From a virus, in UHGV virus genome UHGV-1363746: DNA of 47,250 nt. One strand, written 5' to 3'. The position numbers were made by a program, and so were the translations under genes. The notes beneath the pieces were generated by a model. That model saw only the letters and a list, made by a program, of their open reading frames with translations. It was not told the DNA's origin and made no database searches. Positions 28,296 through 40,770 of this stretch are shown piece by piece. Each line of letters begins with the position of its first letter. Within the stretch, counting starts at the first letter, position 1.

Positions 28296-29252
28296 ATGAA
28301 AGTCTATTTCAATAATGAGTTAACTAATGAGCAATACCACGCTGACACCGAACACATCAACGGCTCTGGTTTGTGGAACATTTACGACAGATGTCCCGCG
28401 GCTTGGCGCTACAAAGACGAAGAAGATGAGCAGTCAAAAGCACTTATCTTCGGTACAGGTAGCCATACTGCATTGCTTGAACCAGAGCGCTTCGATGCAG
28501 AATATGCACGTATGCCGGTTGTAGATGATTTTCCAAAAGACAAAGATGGAAAACCCACGGTGCTGGTAACTACTGCTGATATGAACTCATGGGCAAAAGA
28601 GCGCGGCATTAAAGGACTATCAGGGAAGTCGAAAGCTGAGGTGATAAAAATCATTCGTGCAACTGGCGAACCAGTGAAGATTTACGACGAAGAGCGTCTT
28701 ATCGCTGAAATTAACGCTAATGGTCGCATTCTGTTAGAAGGTAATGATTATGATGCAATTCAGCAAATGCGTGCTGTAATCCACGCAAACAGCTATTACA
28801 GCAGCATTCTTGCTGGTGCTTATGCTGAAGTGTCAATCCTCGGTGAGCTTAACGGAGAAAAAGCAAAGGTTCGTTTTGACTGCCTGACAAAAGGTGGTGA
28901 CATCATAGACTACAAAACGGCAGTGAGCGCCAAGCCTGATGAGTTTTTCCGTCATGCTGCGCGACTTGGCTACTTTATGAAAATGGCGATGCAGCACGAC
29001 ATGTTTGTTGCGGCATATGGCCATGCTCCACGCTCTGTGAATCTTCTCGTGCAGGAAAAGAAAGCGCCGTTTATTCCTGCTTTAATTCGCTTGACTGAAG
29101 AACAATTACGCATCGGTCGAATTCAGTTGCATGGCGCTATGGAGATTTACAAGGCGTGCAAAAAAGCCAATTCATGGCCGGGATATTCAATGGGCAATCC
29201 TGTCATAGAAATGGAAACGCCTGAATGGTTCAAGAAACAGTTTAATTTATAA
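28296..29252 (+). CDS. PD-(D/E)XK exonuclease (Cas4/RecB-like nuclease domain)
   Basis: GTGSHTALLEP and RFDCLTKGGDIIDYKT are motifs I-III of PDDEXK_1 nucleases. Partner of Sak4. Confidence 0.6.
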   Translation: MKVYFNNELTNEQYHADTEHINGSGLWNIYDRCPAAWRYKDEEDEQSKALIFGTGSHTALLEPERFDAEYARMPVVDDFPKDKDGKPTVLVTTADMNSWAKERGIKGLSGKSKAEVIKIIRATGEPVKIYDEERLIAEINANGRILLEGNDYDAIQQMRAVIHANSYYSSILAGAYAEVSILGELNGEKAKVRFDCLTKGGDIIDYKTAVSAKPDEFFRHAARLGYFMKMAMQHDMFVAAYGHAPRSVNLLVQEKKAPFIPALIRLTEEQLRIGRIQLHGAMEIYKACKKANSWPGYSMGNPVIEMETPEWFKKQFNL

Positions 29253-29269
29253 TTAATGAGGTGATGCAA

Positions 29270-30310
29270 ATGGGTATTCTCAATATTAAACCAGCAGAAC
29301 GTTCCGGGTCTCGCGTGGTCATCGGTATTTCCGGTCAGTCTGGTAGCGGAAAAACATATAGCGCACTTAAGCTGGCGCGAGGCATGGTGGATTCACCAGA
29401 AGAAATCGGATTTCTTGACACTGAGAATGGTCGCGGTCGCCTGTACTCAAACATCCTTGATGGTAAATTCCTGCATGCTGATATGTATGCTCCATTCAGC
29501 CCGGCTCGCTACCGTCAGGCCATTGAAGAATTTCAAGCTGCTGGCGTTAAGGTTCTTGTTATTGATTCTGGCTCGCACGAATGGGAAGGTGAAGGAAGTT
29601 GCACGGAGATTGCTGAAAAGCCGCTGCTTAACGGAAAAAAGATGGCTGACTGGAAGCGCGCCAAAGCTGAACACAAGAAGTTCATGAACGCCATGCTGCA
29701 AAGCAATATGCATATCATTGTATGCCTTCGCGCCCGTCAGAAAACTGATTTCGCAAACCCGAAGGAACCTGTATCACTTGGGTTGCAGCCAGTTTGCGAA
29801 AAAGATTTCATGTTCGAGATGACCGTGAGCATGATGATGCACGATGGGGGCAAAATTCAGGAGTTCACCAAATTACCAGAAGAACTACGCCCAATCTTCT
29901 TTGAGTCTGGTCGTGAAAGCGTTCGACATGGATATATTGGCGAGGCACATGGTCGCGGACTCATAAAATGGGTGGACTCTGGCGTTAAAGTTGACGAAGA
30001 GTTTGAGTCATGGCGCTCACGACTTCAGCTTTCCGCTGCAAAAGGCATGGAAGGCTTGAAGGAAGAAGCAAAATCAATACCTGATAACCTGAAAGATAAG
30101 ATTCGTGCAATCTGGCCTTCTCTCGCTGCTTCTGCTGCAGAATACGATCGCATTGAGTCTTTCATCAATGATGAGCAATTATCTCCTGTGGTAATAACTC
30201 CGCAGGATAATTTCAACCCTGCGAAATTGGCTAAACCGCAACCACAACAGCCAGAACAGCAGGAAGAAACAAAAACCGAACATAAACCAACTCCAATTGA
30301 AGGATTTTAA
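29270..30310 (+). CDS. Sak4-like ssDNA annealing / RecA-like recombination protein
   Basis: VVIGISGQSGSGKTY Walker A at the N-terminus (AAA_24/Sak4 pattern). Q/P-rich tail. Confidence 0.65.
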   Translation: MGILNIKPAERSGSRVVIGISGQSGSGKTYSALKLARGMVDSPEEIGFLDTENGRGRLYSNILDGKFLHADMYAPFSPARYRQAIEEFQAAGVKVLVIDSGSHEWEGEGSCTEIAEKPLLNGKKMADWKRAKAEHKKFMNAMLQSNMHIIVCLRARQKTDFANPKEPVSLGLQPVCEKDFMFEMTVSMMMHDGGKIQEFTKLPEELRPIFFESGRESVRHGYIGEAHGRGLIKWVDSGVKVDEEFESWRSRLQLSAAKGMEGLKEEAKSIPDNLKDKIRAIWPSLAASAAEYDRIESFINDEQLSPVVITPQDNFNPAKLAKPQPQQPEQQEETKTEHKPTPIEGF

Positions 30311-30313
30311 TAA

Positions 30314-30802
30314 ATGGCACGCGGCGTAAATAAGGTAATTATTGTCGGCACTCTCGGTAACGACCCGGAAGTTAAATATTCCGCATCAGGTTCTGCAATT
30401 GCCAACCTTTCCGTTGCAACATCGGAGCAGTGGAAGGACAAGCAAACAGGAGAAAAGAAAGAACAGACCGAGTGGCATCGCGTTGTCATCTTCGGGAAAC
30501 TTGCGGAAGTTGCAGGAGAATACCTTCGCAAAGGATCGCAGGTTTATATCGAAGGCCAGCTTCGCACTCGTAAATGGACTGACAGCAACGGCGTAGACCG
30601 ATATACCACGGAGATTGTCATTCCGCAGATGGGCGGCGCCATGCAGATGCTTGGAGGTAAACGCGATGATTCTGGTCAGCAACAACCGCGCCAACAATCA
30701 GGCCAGCAACCACAAAGACAACAACAGCAGCCACAAAAACAACAAAGCCCACAAGGAGGCAATGAGCCGCCGATGGACTTCGACGACGACATTCCGTTCT
30801 GA
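30314..30802 (+). CDS. ssb: single-stranded DNA-binding protein
   Basis: OB-fold N-terminus, Q/P-rich linker and C-terminal DFDDDIPF tail. Confidence 0.9.
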   Translation: MARGVNKVIIVGTLGNDPEVKYSASGSAIANLSVATSEQWKDKQTGEKKEQTEWHRVVIFGKLAEVAGEYLRKGSQVYIEGQLRTRKWTDSNGVDRYTTEIVIPQMGGAMQMLGGKRDDSGQQQPRQQSGQQPQRQQQQPQKQQSPQGGNEPPMDFDDDIPF

Positions 30803-30810
30803 TGATAAAA

Positions 30811-30836
30811 TAAACCCCGCCGAAGCGGGGTTTTAC
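30811..30836. terminator. bidirectional rho-independent terminator
   Basis: aaaccccgccgaagcggggtttt. Confidence 0.6.
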
Positions 30837-32825
30837 TTAAGGTGTCAATCTTGATGCTTTCCATGCAACGGAACGGGTTCCACTTATCCCTCCAGAAGAA
30901 TCTCTGATTACGATGGTGAACGTCGTATCTGTTACTGATGAGTACGAGATGGCGACTGGAGTTCCAGAGTCTATAAGTGTAAATTCTATAAACTCAGGAG
31001 GTCTTGACATACCATGTTGTATCACTGCTCCGTTTGAGTAAGTACCACTACCAATTGCTTCGGTAATAACCCCGGAGTTATTGTTGCTTCTGCTTCCTGA
31101 GTGGTTAGCCCCAAGAGCAATCACTTTCCGCCCGGTAATCCCGAATCCGAAAGTATTTCCAGTAACCAAGGTGTCATATATGGTCCGTGAATCAGGAAGA
31201 GAACCAGATACCGAATTTATCACAACCCCGTACTGCATCTGCCGGTCTGTTCTGCGATTGAACATGCTGTTGCCGGTTATAACAGTTCCTGTTATTGTCC
31301 CGGCCACTGCACCAGAATTGCTTACCACTACTCCTGCTCGGAATGTATTAGCCGTATCAGACGAATCCCCAATCCCCGTAATCAGGTTTCCTGATATTAA
31401 ATTATTATCTGGCAGGACAGAGGAATCATTGCAGTTTATGAGGATCCCAATATCGGTAAAAGCGTCAAAAACGTTATTTGCCACCACATTACCCGGCCCC
31501 CATATCTCCACTCCTTTTGGGGTATTTGCCCCGTCGCCAAAGAATTTATTCTCAGTAACGATGTTGCCAGCACTTCTGATAAGAATAGCAGGTCTGAACT
31601 GTGCAGAAGTACGTAGGCTGTCATTATACCCGTGGTTATTGGTGATATGTGACTCACTTCCAGCGGCATCAATGCAGCAGTTGCAGGAGTTAATATTATT
31701 TCTGTGGATTTGTACGTAGGCGCTTCCCCCATCGTATTTAACGCCGTTCCAGAAATTTAAAATCCCGCAATCCATCAACTGACCAGCCTTGGTCAATTTT
31801 ACTGCGTTAAGGTTATCCTTGGAGTCATTTACCGCACGGAGGTATACATACTGAATACGCCCTGAGTCTTCGGTGCCAGGACTTTCTCCGTTATCAATAG
31901 CGAATTTATCCTTACCAAACGGTCCATCAAACGTGAAAGTAGTAAATGGAAGATTGTTACCTAGTTGCGCACCTACGTACCCGGATGCACCTACAATACT
32001 CACTCCTACGGGTTTGATAAGCGTAGATGTGACAATTCTTGCGTCACCAACATGTGTTACATGACTTTTAGTGTGGTACAGCGCCAACTGATAGGGGTAG
32101 TAATCATCAGTTACCCCATCACATTTAGCGCCGTAATTTTTAGCGTTTGTCTCCTTGTATCCGTTAAGTAACCCTACACACCTCCAATTAGTAGACGTGT
32201 ATCTTGCTAACGGTTGGGCTGGAGGAATAGTGCCAGCTGGAACGGTTAACGGCGACGAAATCGCGCCTTCATATACCCAAAACAAACCAGTGGAATGGTC
32301 ACGTATGGCTTCGGTATTTGATGTTATGACAACATCTTCTGTCGAGTCTCCTGCGTAGCTGTACCCTGATGCCAACCTCTGAATAGTGACACCATCCTGC
32401 GCAGTTAACACGAGCGAAGAACCAAACTTAGAAGCAAGATTACTTCTCAATGAAGCATCACCAACACTAACCCACGCTCCTAATTTAACCTCACCTGTGC
32501 TATCTGGAGTTGAACCAGCTGGAACGATTTTTGGAAACTCCCCATCCCATCTATAATATTCTCCATTTGCTTCATAACGCAGTGTCTGATTGGGAAGCGT
32601 CAGTGTTGCACCATCCTCGAAACTGCCCATCGTAATGTAGCCATACTTGCGAATGGCTTCTTCTGCGGTGTATTGGAAACCAGCAATTGTAAATCGGAGC
32701 TTACCGAAACGATCGGTATAGTAATGCGAGTCAGATGTCACTACCTCATCAATTTTCCCGGCATTAAATTTCAGGTCGCGCGGGTCTTCGCTTGGGATTG
32801 GATTATTTGTTGGTACGGTAGCCAT
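30837..32825 (-). CDS. tailspike/tail fibre with pectate-lyase-like beta-helix
   Basis: KYGAKCDGVTDD... motif and Gly/Asn-rich repeats typical of right-handed beta-helix depolymerases. 662 aa. Confidence 0.55.
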   Translation of the reverse strand: MATVPTNNPIPSEDPRDLKFNAGKIDEVVTSDSHYYTDRFGKLRFTIAGFQYTAEEAIRKYGYITMGSFEDGATLTLPNQTLRYEANGEYYRWDGEFPKIVPAGSTPDSTGEVKLGAWVSVGDASLRSNLASKFGSSLVLTAQDGVTIQRLASGYSYAGDSTEDVVITSNTEAIRDHSTGLFWVYEGAISSPLTVPAGTIPPAQPLARYTSTNWRCVGLLNGYKETNAKNYGAKCDGVTDDYYPYQLALYHTKSHVTHVGDARIVTSTLIKPVGVSIVGASGYVGAQLGNNLPFTTFTFDGPFGKDKFAIDNGESPGTEDSGRIQYVYLRAVNDSKDNLNAVKLTKAGQLMDCGILNFWNGVKYDGGSAYVQIHRNNINSCNCCIDAAGSESHITNNHGYNDSLRTSAQFRPAILIRSAGNIVTENKFFGDGANTPKGVEIWGPGNVVANNVFDAFTDIGILINCNDSSVLPDNNLISGNLITGIGDSSDTANTFRAGVVVSNSGAVAGTITGTVITGNSMFNRRTDRQMQYGVVINSVSGSLPDSRTIYDTLVTGNTFGFGITGRKVIALGANHSGSRSNNNSGVITEAIGSGTYSNGAVIQHGMSRPPEFIEFTLIDSGTPVAISYSSVTDTTFTIVIRDSSGGISGTRSVAWKASRLTP

Positions 32826-35250
32826 TATAATAAATGCTCCTTTGTGAATTTGATGTATATTGTATCACGATGACTGGATGGCATATTCGTACATATCATC
32901 GCTGTACTCACTCATGGTCAGCGTGGTAGTTCCATCGCTTCCCGGATTCTTTTGACTTACAACCCACAACGTTGTATCCAGTTCTTTCTCCGTGCTCAGA
33001 ACGTAACGAGATTCAGATTGCACATTAGTGCCATCCCAGATATTTAGCTGAAAATCAGATGGCAGGTTGCAGGTGAATGTATGCAATCCGGTTACTGTTG
33101 CTGGCAATCTGTCTGACACGCTGCCGTCAGAACTGGTAATCACAACGTAGAGATTATCATCTGCCGTGAGTTGCTCGCTGGTTGTGAATACGTTTCCGTT
33201 GCGCGCTTCAATCACGCCAGTCTGTTGAACGTCATCATACATATCGACGACCTGAATCATGTCACCTACGTTAACCCATTCGCCATCTGCCAGCGCTTTA
33301 ATCTCCATGCTTCGGCGGGAATAAATCAAACGACGACACTCAAGGATTGCACGATCAACAGCCTGGTAGCGATTGCGAACATAAAGCATGTCGAATTTCT
33401 TCGCTTTAGTTGGCTCGCCTTCTACAATTCCGCTGTCGGTAATTCGATAGTAAACGTTGGCCTGCTTATTCGTTGTTGGGTCGCGATATTCGACGTTAAC
33501 GCCATCGTAAGTACCTGGAAGACTGATGTCATAACTCAGCTTATAACCGTCGTTCTGCGTATTTCTGGTGTTGAATACAGTTGCCGGATATTCTCTCTTT
33601 TCATCACGAGAGAAGCTCATCACGCCATCATCCCAGAATGCAGTAACACGGGCTGCATCGCAGATTGTTTGCAGACGCTCTCCGATGCTCTTATCTTCAT
33701 CGTCAAAAGTGTAATCGAAATAACCAAGACGCTCATCAGGAAGACTGTCTGCAATTTCATACAGCTTCACGATATCAATCGTGTTTTCTGGATTGCCAGC
33801 GGTAATCAGCCAGTTATGCAGAACAGCATCAGCAAAGCTACGGGAAGGTGCAAGTGTGTAGCGCACCGTGCCAGTATCGCGGTTGTATCCGATGGTGTGG
33901 CGCGTGATTAACGCATTATATTTCCTGTCACGGCTTCCAGTTGCGTTTTCTGTTGCGCGAACGACAACCTTAACCACGGTGTCATCTGGATATGAAACGT
34001 TAGTGCGCGTGACTATTGAATGGACTTCATCAAGCTGAATTATTGATTGTTGGGTGCTGTTATTGGTCCTTGTAAACTGGACTGCGTATCTGGCATTCCC
34101 ATATGATGGCGTTATTTTCCTTGTGTAATAGTAGGTATCTGCTCCGCCAGCTACAAAAGTATATGTGGTTGATTGGTATGAACCTGCAATCTGCACGTTA
34201 TCATCATCCACCGCCCACCACTCAGCTTTAACAATAGCACCCTGATCTTCACCAAATTGAGCAACGAAATGGAACCACAGCTGATCACCTTCTATCGGTG
34301 AGAAATACGGCCCTGAAACAAGAGGTTGGTTATCAGTAAGGTTGAAGTAAGTGTTATTGATGGTTACGCCATTCAAGGATGATATCGGTGCACCTGAGTA
34401 GTTGATGTTATTAATTATAAATGTGTACCAGTAATCAACAGGTGGAATATTCCCATCATCTGTTTCTGATGCTGATACAAGACTACCTGATAAGGTGACG
34501 TTTTCAGTGACCGACGCGCCACCTCCAAGCGCGTAAGTGATGTTTAGTTTGAAAACCACATCATGAGGCACAACCAGATCAACGAAGTAATCGAAAGCGG
34601 AATTTTTTGGTATTTTTACAGCTATCTGTCCACCAGCAAAGTCAGTGCTGGTCACCGATGTTGTTGTGGCTGACTCAATGACAACAGAATTAGTGTCGTT
34701 TGGCCCATACAGTTCCTGACCATCAACGTCATCAAATGCGTAAGGCTCAAGAACAACCGGGATAACTTCTCCCGGCTGATAAATGGTGTAACTCGCGCCA
34801 GCCAGAGAGCCGAGGTTTGATTCTGAATACCGCACTGAAGACACGTCATATTTTCCGAGGCCAAAGTTCATGAGCTCGGTGACATATTTAATATTGTTGA
34901 TGCATTCGAATAATGATTCCTGAAGCAAGTCAGGGAATGCGCGAATCTGCCCGAAATTATCAGGTCGCGCCTCGCCATTGCGCGCAATGTTTGTCTGTGC
35001 TTTCAGGCTGGTGTTAGGTGATGTTTTCGAGCTGGTATCCGTTTTTGGCGTTGATACTTTCGGTGTAAGGAAAGAGAAAATCTTCGTTACTGGTTTCAGT
35101 ATCGCACCGATAAGGTCGCCGATTGCGCCGGATGGCTGGCAATAAACGTTGACCACATCGCCATCTCGCAGGCAGAAGGAAAGTTCATCATCTTCACCGA
35201 GCACTCTGCCATTTACCGCAATTGAAATGCTGGCAGGAAGATTTGATTTA

Positions 35251-36653
<1,403 letters not shown>

Positions 36654-36654
<1 letters not shown>

Positions 36655-39032
36655 TATTCTGTTGCTCTCCTGTTGGTATTGTAATTTCTAGAAATGGCCT
36701 GCCCTATCGGGCCATTTTCCGAAATGTCACTAACAATAGTCTCAATTGTCACGCTGCCGTCACCATTATCTCTTGCGGTTGATGAGGTTGTTGCCCCGCT
36801 GCTGGTATTGATGACGTTATTATAAATAACGATACCACTACCACCTCCAGTCAGGTCTTTGTTGCTGATAACTGAGCCATCGTTACCGGGAATCATATAC
36901 TGGCGACCGTTGGAAGCCTGGAATATTTCAGGCAAGCCATTTTCGCCCACTTCGTACATACTTCCGGCACTAACAGGGCCACCATTTTTACGCTTGCCAG
37001 CAATACCCATCGCCAGTGCTCCGAGAACGGCACCTACCCCAATTGCAGCTGCCCCGCCGAATGATCCGATTGATGCTACGATTGCCGCAGGAGTCCATGC
37101 TGCGGTAGTGGTGGCTGCCGCCGCCGTCGATGCTGCTGTTGTGGTTGCTAATCCTGCCGTTTGCGCCGCCGTTGTGGTTGCCGTAGCAGCAACCTGCGCA
37201 GTTTGCCCCATAACAGCAGATTTAACCCACTGAACGCCCATTTCAACAAAGCTGTTTACCAGAGAGTTAAGTACCGTAGAGCCGAGGCTGCGCATAGCAT
37301 CCTGAACGCTCATTGTGCCTGTCAGTAATCCAGTGATGCTGTTTGATGCTGTGCTCATCGCTGAATCAAGCGCCGTGCCGAACAGTTGCGCGCCGAGGCT
37401 TTGTTGCTGCCACTCAGCCCACATGGCGTCCATTCGCTGCTGGCGATATTGTGCTTCTATTGCCGCGCGAGTCTGCTCAATCTCTGTGATTTTTTGCGGA
37501 TATGCTGCGGCGTAGGCGTCAAGGTCAGCCATACGTTGCTGGTATTCGCTATCAATGCCAGTCGTTGGCGACGCAATGGCGCGCAATCCCTGATATGATT
37601 TTTCTACGCGCTGCTTTTCCTTCTCCGCCGCTGCCTGTTCCTTCAGTGCATTCTTCTGGTCCCAAATCTGCGCAGCATACTCACCAGCCAGTTTTATCTG
37701 CTCCTGAGTGGCGGCCTTGCCAAGCGATTGCTGCGCGTTGAGGATTGCTTGCTCGCGGGAGAGTTCACTGGTGGATGTGGCATTGAGCATGGTTTGCTGG
37801 CGTAGTTTCTCCAGCTTTTCAGCTACTGACTCAGCTTGCCGCTCTTCGGCGCTTTTGCCCTTTCCTTTTCCTTTTTTGTCTTTTGTTGGTGCTTGTGCAA
37901 TCTTCAGGTGTTTTGTTGCTTCAGCCTGTTTTTTTGTCTGTTCGTAGCCTTCCGCCGATGCTTTAACGAATCGCTCAACCTGATCGTTATATTGCTTTTG
38001 CTTTTCAATATCGTCATCACCGAAAAGTGCGTCCACTCCCATTTGTGCCCATGCACCCGGATTTAACTTCGAGATAACTGTGGCGAGAGATAAAATCTTA
38101 TCGCTTGTGCTGGTTGATTTATCCCCGAGGAAATCAATGTATTTTGCCAGCTGGTCGATAATCTCTACTGCTGTTTTTGATGCACCAGTGGCATCGTTAA
38201 CGGCAACCACAAGTTTGGAGAATGAAACTTCAAGAGAACCAACTGCCTGATCCATTGTGCGAGGAAGTTTTTCGAATTCAGCATTAACGATGCTTGTCCT
38301 GTCCTGAATGGCATTCAGTGCATCTTCTGCTGTCAGTTTGCCATCGAGCATTCTGGCGCGAAGTTCACCCATTGAAATGCCAAGACCCGCCGCAATCTGG
38401 CGAGCAAGCTCAGGCATCTGCTCAAGGATTGAGTTAAATTCTTCTGCACGGATTGTGCCAGATGCGATTGACTGACCGAACTGGCGAAGTGCGTTAGCCA
38501 TTTCCTCAGTTGATGACCCGCCGATTCTACCTATTTTTTGCAGGGTATCTGTAAGGTTAAGAACCTGCGCATTTGTCGCGCCAGCCTCTTTCAGTGATGA
38601 CGTCAATGTTTCCCACAGCTTCGTGGTATCACTCAGGCTTGCGCCAGTTGTTGAGGCGATATTTGCCAGTGTGCTGAATGTTTCGTTTGCGGTTTTCGCG
38701 TCAGTTGACAGGCGAGCAATCCTTGCCTGAAGCTGAGTCATGTTATCGGCAACCTCAAGGAATCGCTTGCCCCATTCGATAATCAGTGACACGGATATTG
38801 CGCCAGCCAACATAGACATGCTGGTTTTAAGCCCTGAAGCTGCGCCGCCAGCATTCTTCATTCCGCTGCCAGCATTTCTGGCATTTTTATCCAGCTTGCC
38901 AAGCGCGCTTGTGGTTTTGTTGGTTGATGATTCAAGGTCATCTAAAGTCTTATTGGCTGTTGTCGCGCCAGCTTTCAGGCCTTTAACATCCATCCCGACT
39001 TCATAGACAATTCCGCCGACTTCTTCAGCCAT
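36654..39032 (-). CDS. tail tape measure protein
   Basis: 792 aa, extended coiled coil, C-terminal Gly/Ala-rich hydrophobic stretch. Confidence 0.8.
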
Positions 39033-39747
39033 TATGTATTCCTCGCTTTTTCGATTTGCGTTCAGCCAGTTCCTTCATGCGCTCGCGGTCTGCTTTAGCC
39101 TGATCGTACTCTGCCGCACGCTCTTCTTTCGTTAATCCTTTCGGCTCTGGATATTTATTCTTAATCATCATCTGAAACTCTGTCATGGACAGGTTTTCGG
39201 CCTCATCACGAGTCATATCGAAATGCGTGCGTGCTGAGATGATGTATTGCGATGCATGAAACTCGTTTGTGGTTTTCTTGCCATGCTCTTCCAGACGCTC
39301 AGGCACTTTTAGTGGTGATTTGCCAATGATGCCATGCTGCATCAGGTTGCGCGCAATAATAATAATGTCGCTCACTGGCATTATGCCCGGTACGTATCGC
39401 ACACCACGCGGAGTTGGCTTCCATCCACCAATCAGCACTGAAATATCATCTTCACAGCATGACTGCATGACGATATATGCTGCGCTCAGCACATGGCGAC
39501 CATACACTGGCTTGCTGATAGTCTTCATGACCTGCATCTGCGCGCCAAATGGCAGGTATTCGACGTGCTGCAACGGCGCAATATAATCAATGCCATTGAG
39601 CTTAGCGTATACCTCGACGATTTCTTTTGGTGTGCCAATTTCATTCATGGCGCGGAATGATGGCTTGAAGAAAAAACTCCTGTCAGAAAGCGAGATGCGC
39701 ATCTCCCCGATTTCTGTTAGTGGCGTGCGATTGCTCATGTTTTGCAT
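39025..39747 (-). CDS. putative tail assembly chaperone
   Basis: 240 aa directly upstream of the tape measure gene. Confidence 0.35.
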   Translation of the reverse strand: MQNMSNRTPLTEIGEMRISLSDRSFFFKPSFRAMNEIGTPKEIVEVYAKLNGIDYIAPLQHVEYLPFGAQMQVMKTISKPVYGRHVLSAAYIVMQSCCEDDISVLIGGWKPTPRGVRYVPGIMPVSDIIIIARNLMQHGIIGKSPLKVPERLEEHGKKTTNEFHASQYIISARTHFDMTRDEAENLSMTEFQMMIKNKYPEPKGLTKEERAAEYDQAKADRERMKELAERKSKKRGIHNG

Positions 39748-39764
39748 CCTGAATTTGACTGATG

Positions 39765-39773
39765 TTGATTATA
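39765..39773 (-). promoter_or_regulatory. extended -10 promoter TGATATAAT for the tail operon
   Basis: Minus strand reads TGATATAAT about 20 nt upstream of the chaperone-like ORF. Confidence 0.45.
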
Positions 39774-39787
39774 TCATCTCGGTGATG

Positions 39788-39816
39788 TTGACACCTGCCG
39801 GGCTGTGATGTAGATT
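39788..39816 (+). promoter_or_regulatory. rightward promoter TTGACA-N17-TAGATT
   Basis: TTGACAcctgccgggctgtgatgTAGATT followed by the AATGAGGTGAG leader. Confidence 0.55.
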
Positions 39817-39851
39817 CAAGTCATCGAAACGAGATATGAATGAGGTGAGTT

Positions 39852-40046
39852 ATGGACGTTGTTATTTTGTTGTTTTTCGTTGGTTTGGTGATATTTGCGT
39901 ACCTTCTACCATCTTTTGTAGCCCTGCAACGCAAGCACGCAAACACGACTGCAATCTGCGTACTGAATATTCTTGTCGGATGGAGTTTTATTGGCTGGGT
40001 TGCGGCGCTTGTTTGGGCATTAGTTAAGAGTGACGATAAAAAATGA
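39852..40046 (+). CDS. superinfection immunity protein (Imm_superinfect family)
   Basis: LPSFVALQRKHANTTAICVLNILVGWSFIGWVAALVWAL. Two TM helices. Confidence 0.55.
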   Translation: MDVVILLFFVGLVIFAYLLPSFVALQRKHANTTAICVLNILVGWSFIGWVAALVWALVKSDDKK

Positions 40047-40186
40047 ACGAACAAACAAAAGCTGACCTGATTTTCTACACTGATTTGTATGTCGATGCAG
40101 GTTACGACTACGAAGAAGCGGAACGCATGGCGAAAGACCTGCTTCGTGTGATTGGTGTGATTTTTGATGAGGATAAGGTGATATGA
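40043..40186 (+). CDS. 47-aa acidic hypothetical protein
   Basis: ATGA-coupled on both sides. Product MNEQTKADLIFYTDLYVDAGYDYEEAERMAKDLLRVIGVIFDEDKVI. Confidence 0.3.
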   Translation: MNEQTKADLIFYTDLYVDAGYDYEEAERMAKDLLRVIGVIFDEDKVI

Positions 40187-40539
40187 AAAATTATGAAGAA
40201 ATGAGTGATTCACAAATAGCGCAAAAGGTTTTCTTTTTTGTGAGTGGTAGTCTTTGCCCCAAAGGAGGGTTGGCTCATATCAGTTCAGATGGCTTTTTCT
40301 TTTTTGATGACAAGAACATTAAACGAAAGTTTGACCCATGCAACAACCCAGCTGATGCGTGGCCTATCATTGACGAAAACAACATCACAATTATTAACGA
40401 CCATCCGTCGATGCGATTGGCTGTTAACGACGCAGCGGGTTACTACAATGGATTTAGTGGCATCATTGCCAGTTTTGATGAAAACGGATTTCGCGCCGCC
40501 ATGATCGTCTTCCTTAAAATGAATGAGGATAAATTATGA
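40183..40539 (+). CDS. DUF2591-like phage protein
   Basis: FDPCNNPADAWPIIDENNI and RAAMIVFL resemble enterobacterial prophage DUF2591 proteins. Confidence 0.4.
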   Translation: MKNYEEMSDSQIAQKVFFFVSGSLCPKGGLAHISSDGFFFFDDKNIKRKFDPCNNPADAWPIIDENNITIINDHPSMRLAVNDAAGYYNGFSGIIASFDENGFRAAMIVFLKMNEDKL

Positions 40540-40739
40540 GCCAGTGGATTAAATGCAGTGAGCGAATGCCTGAAGAAGGCAAGCCAGTTTTGGTTGTCAG
40601 TAGCATTGGTGGCGCGGTACAGAACAATGTGTACGAGTGGGATGGCAGAACTTGGTGTGATTTCAGGGATGACTACAACGAACTCAGTATGGATGTTTTT
40701 ACTCACTGGATGCCACTACCAGAACCACCACAAGAATAA
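40536..40739 (+). CDS. DUF551 phage protein
   Basis: MSQWIKCSERMPEEGKPVLV...FTHWMPLPEPP. Confidence 0.65.
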   Translation: MSQWIKCSERMPEEGKPVLVVSSIGGAVQNNVYEWDGRTWCDFRDDYNELSMDVFTHWMPLPEPPQE

Positions 40740-40742
40740 AAC

Positions 40743-40770
40743 AAAGCCCCTTTCGGGGCTTTTCTTTATC
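40743..40770. terminator. bidirectional rho-independent terminator
   Basis: aaagcccctttcggggcttttctttat. Confidence 0.6.

Noticed and set aside
30615-30864. Small ORFs overlapping the ssb 3' end
   Set aside because: Low-complexity Gln/Cys-rich alternative frames of the SSB linker.
31081-31719. 212-aa plus-strand ORF, and the 33171..33911 plus-strand ORF
   Set aside because: Both are antisense to the tailspike and J-like genes and are probably spurious.
36859-38066. Several plus-strand Ala/Val/Cys-rich ORFs (for example 36859..37233 and 37708..37947)
   Set aside because: They are antisense to the tape measure gene and reflect its repetitive GC-rich codon usage. No RBS.
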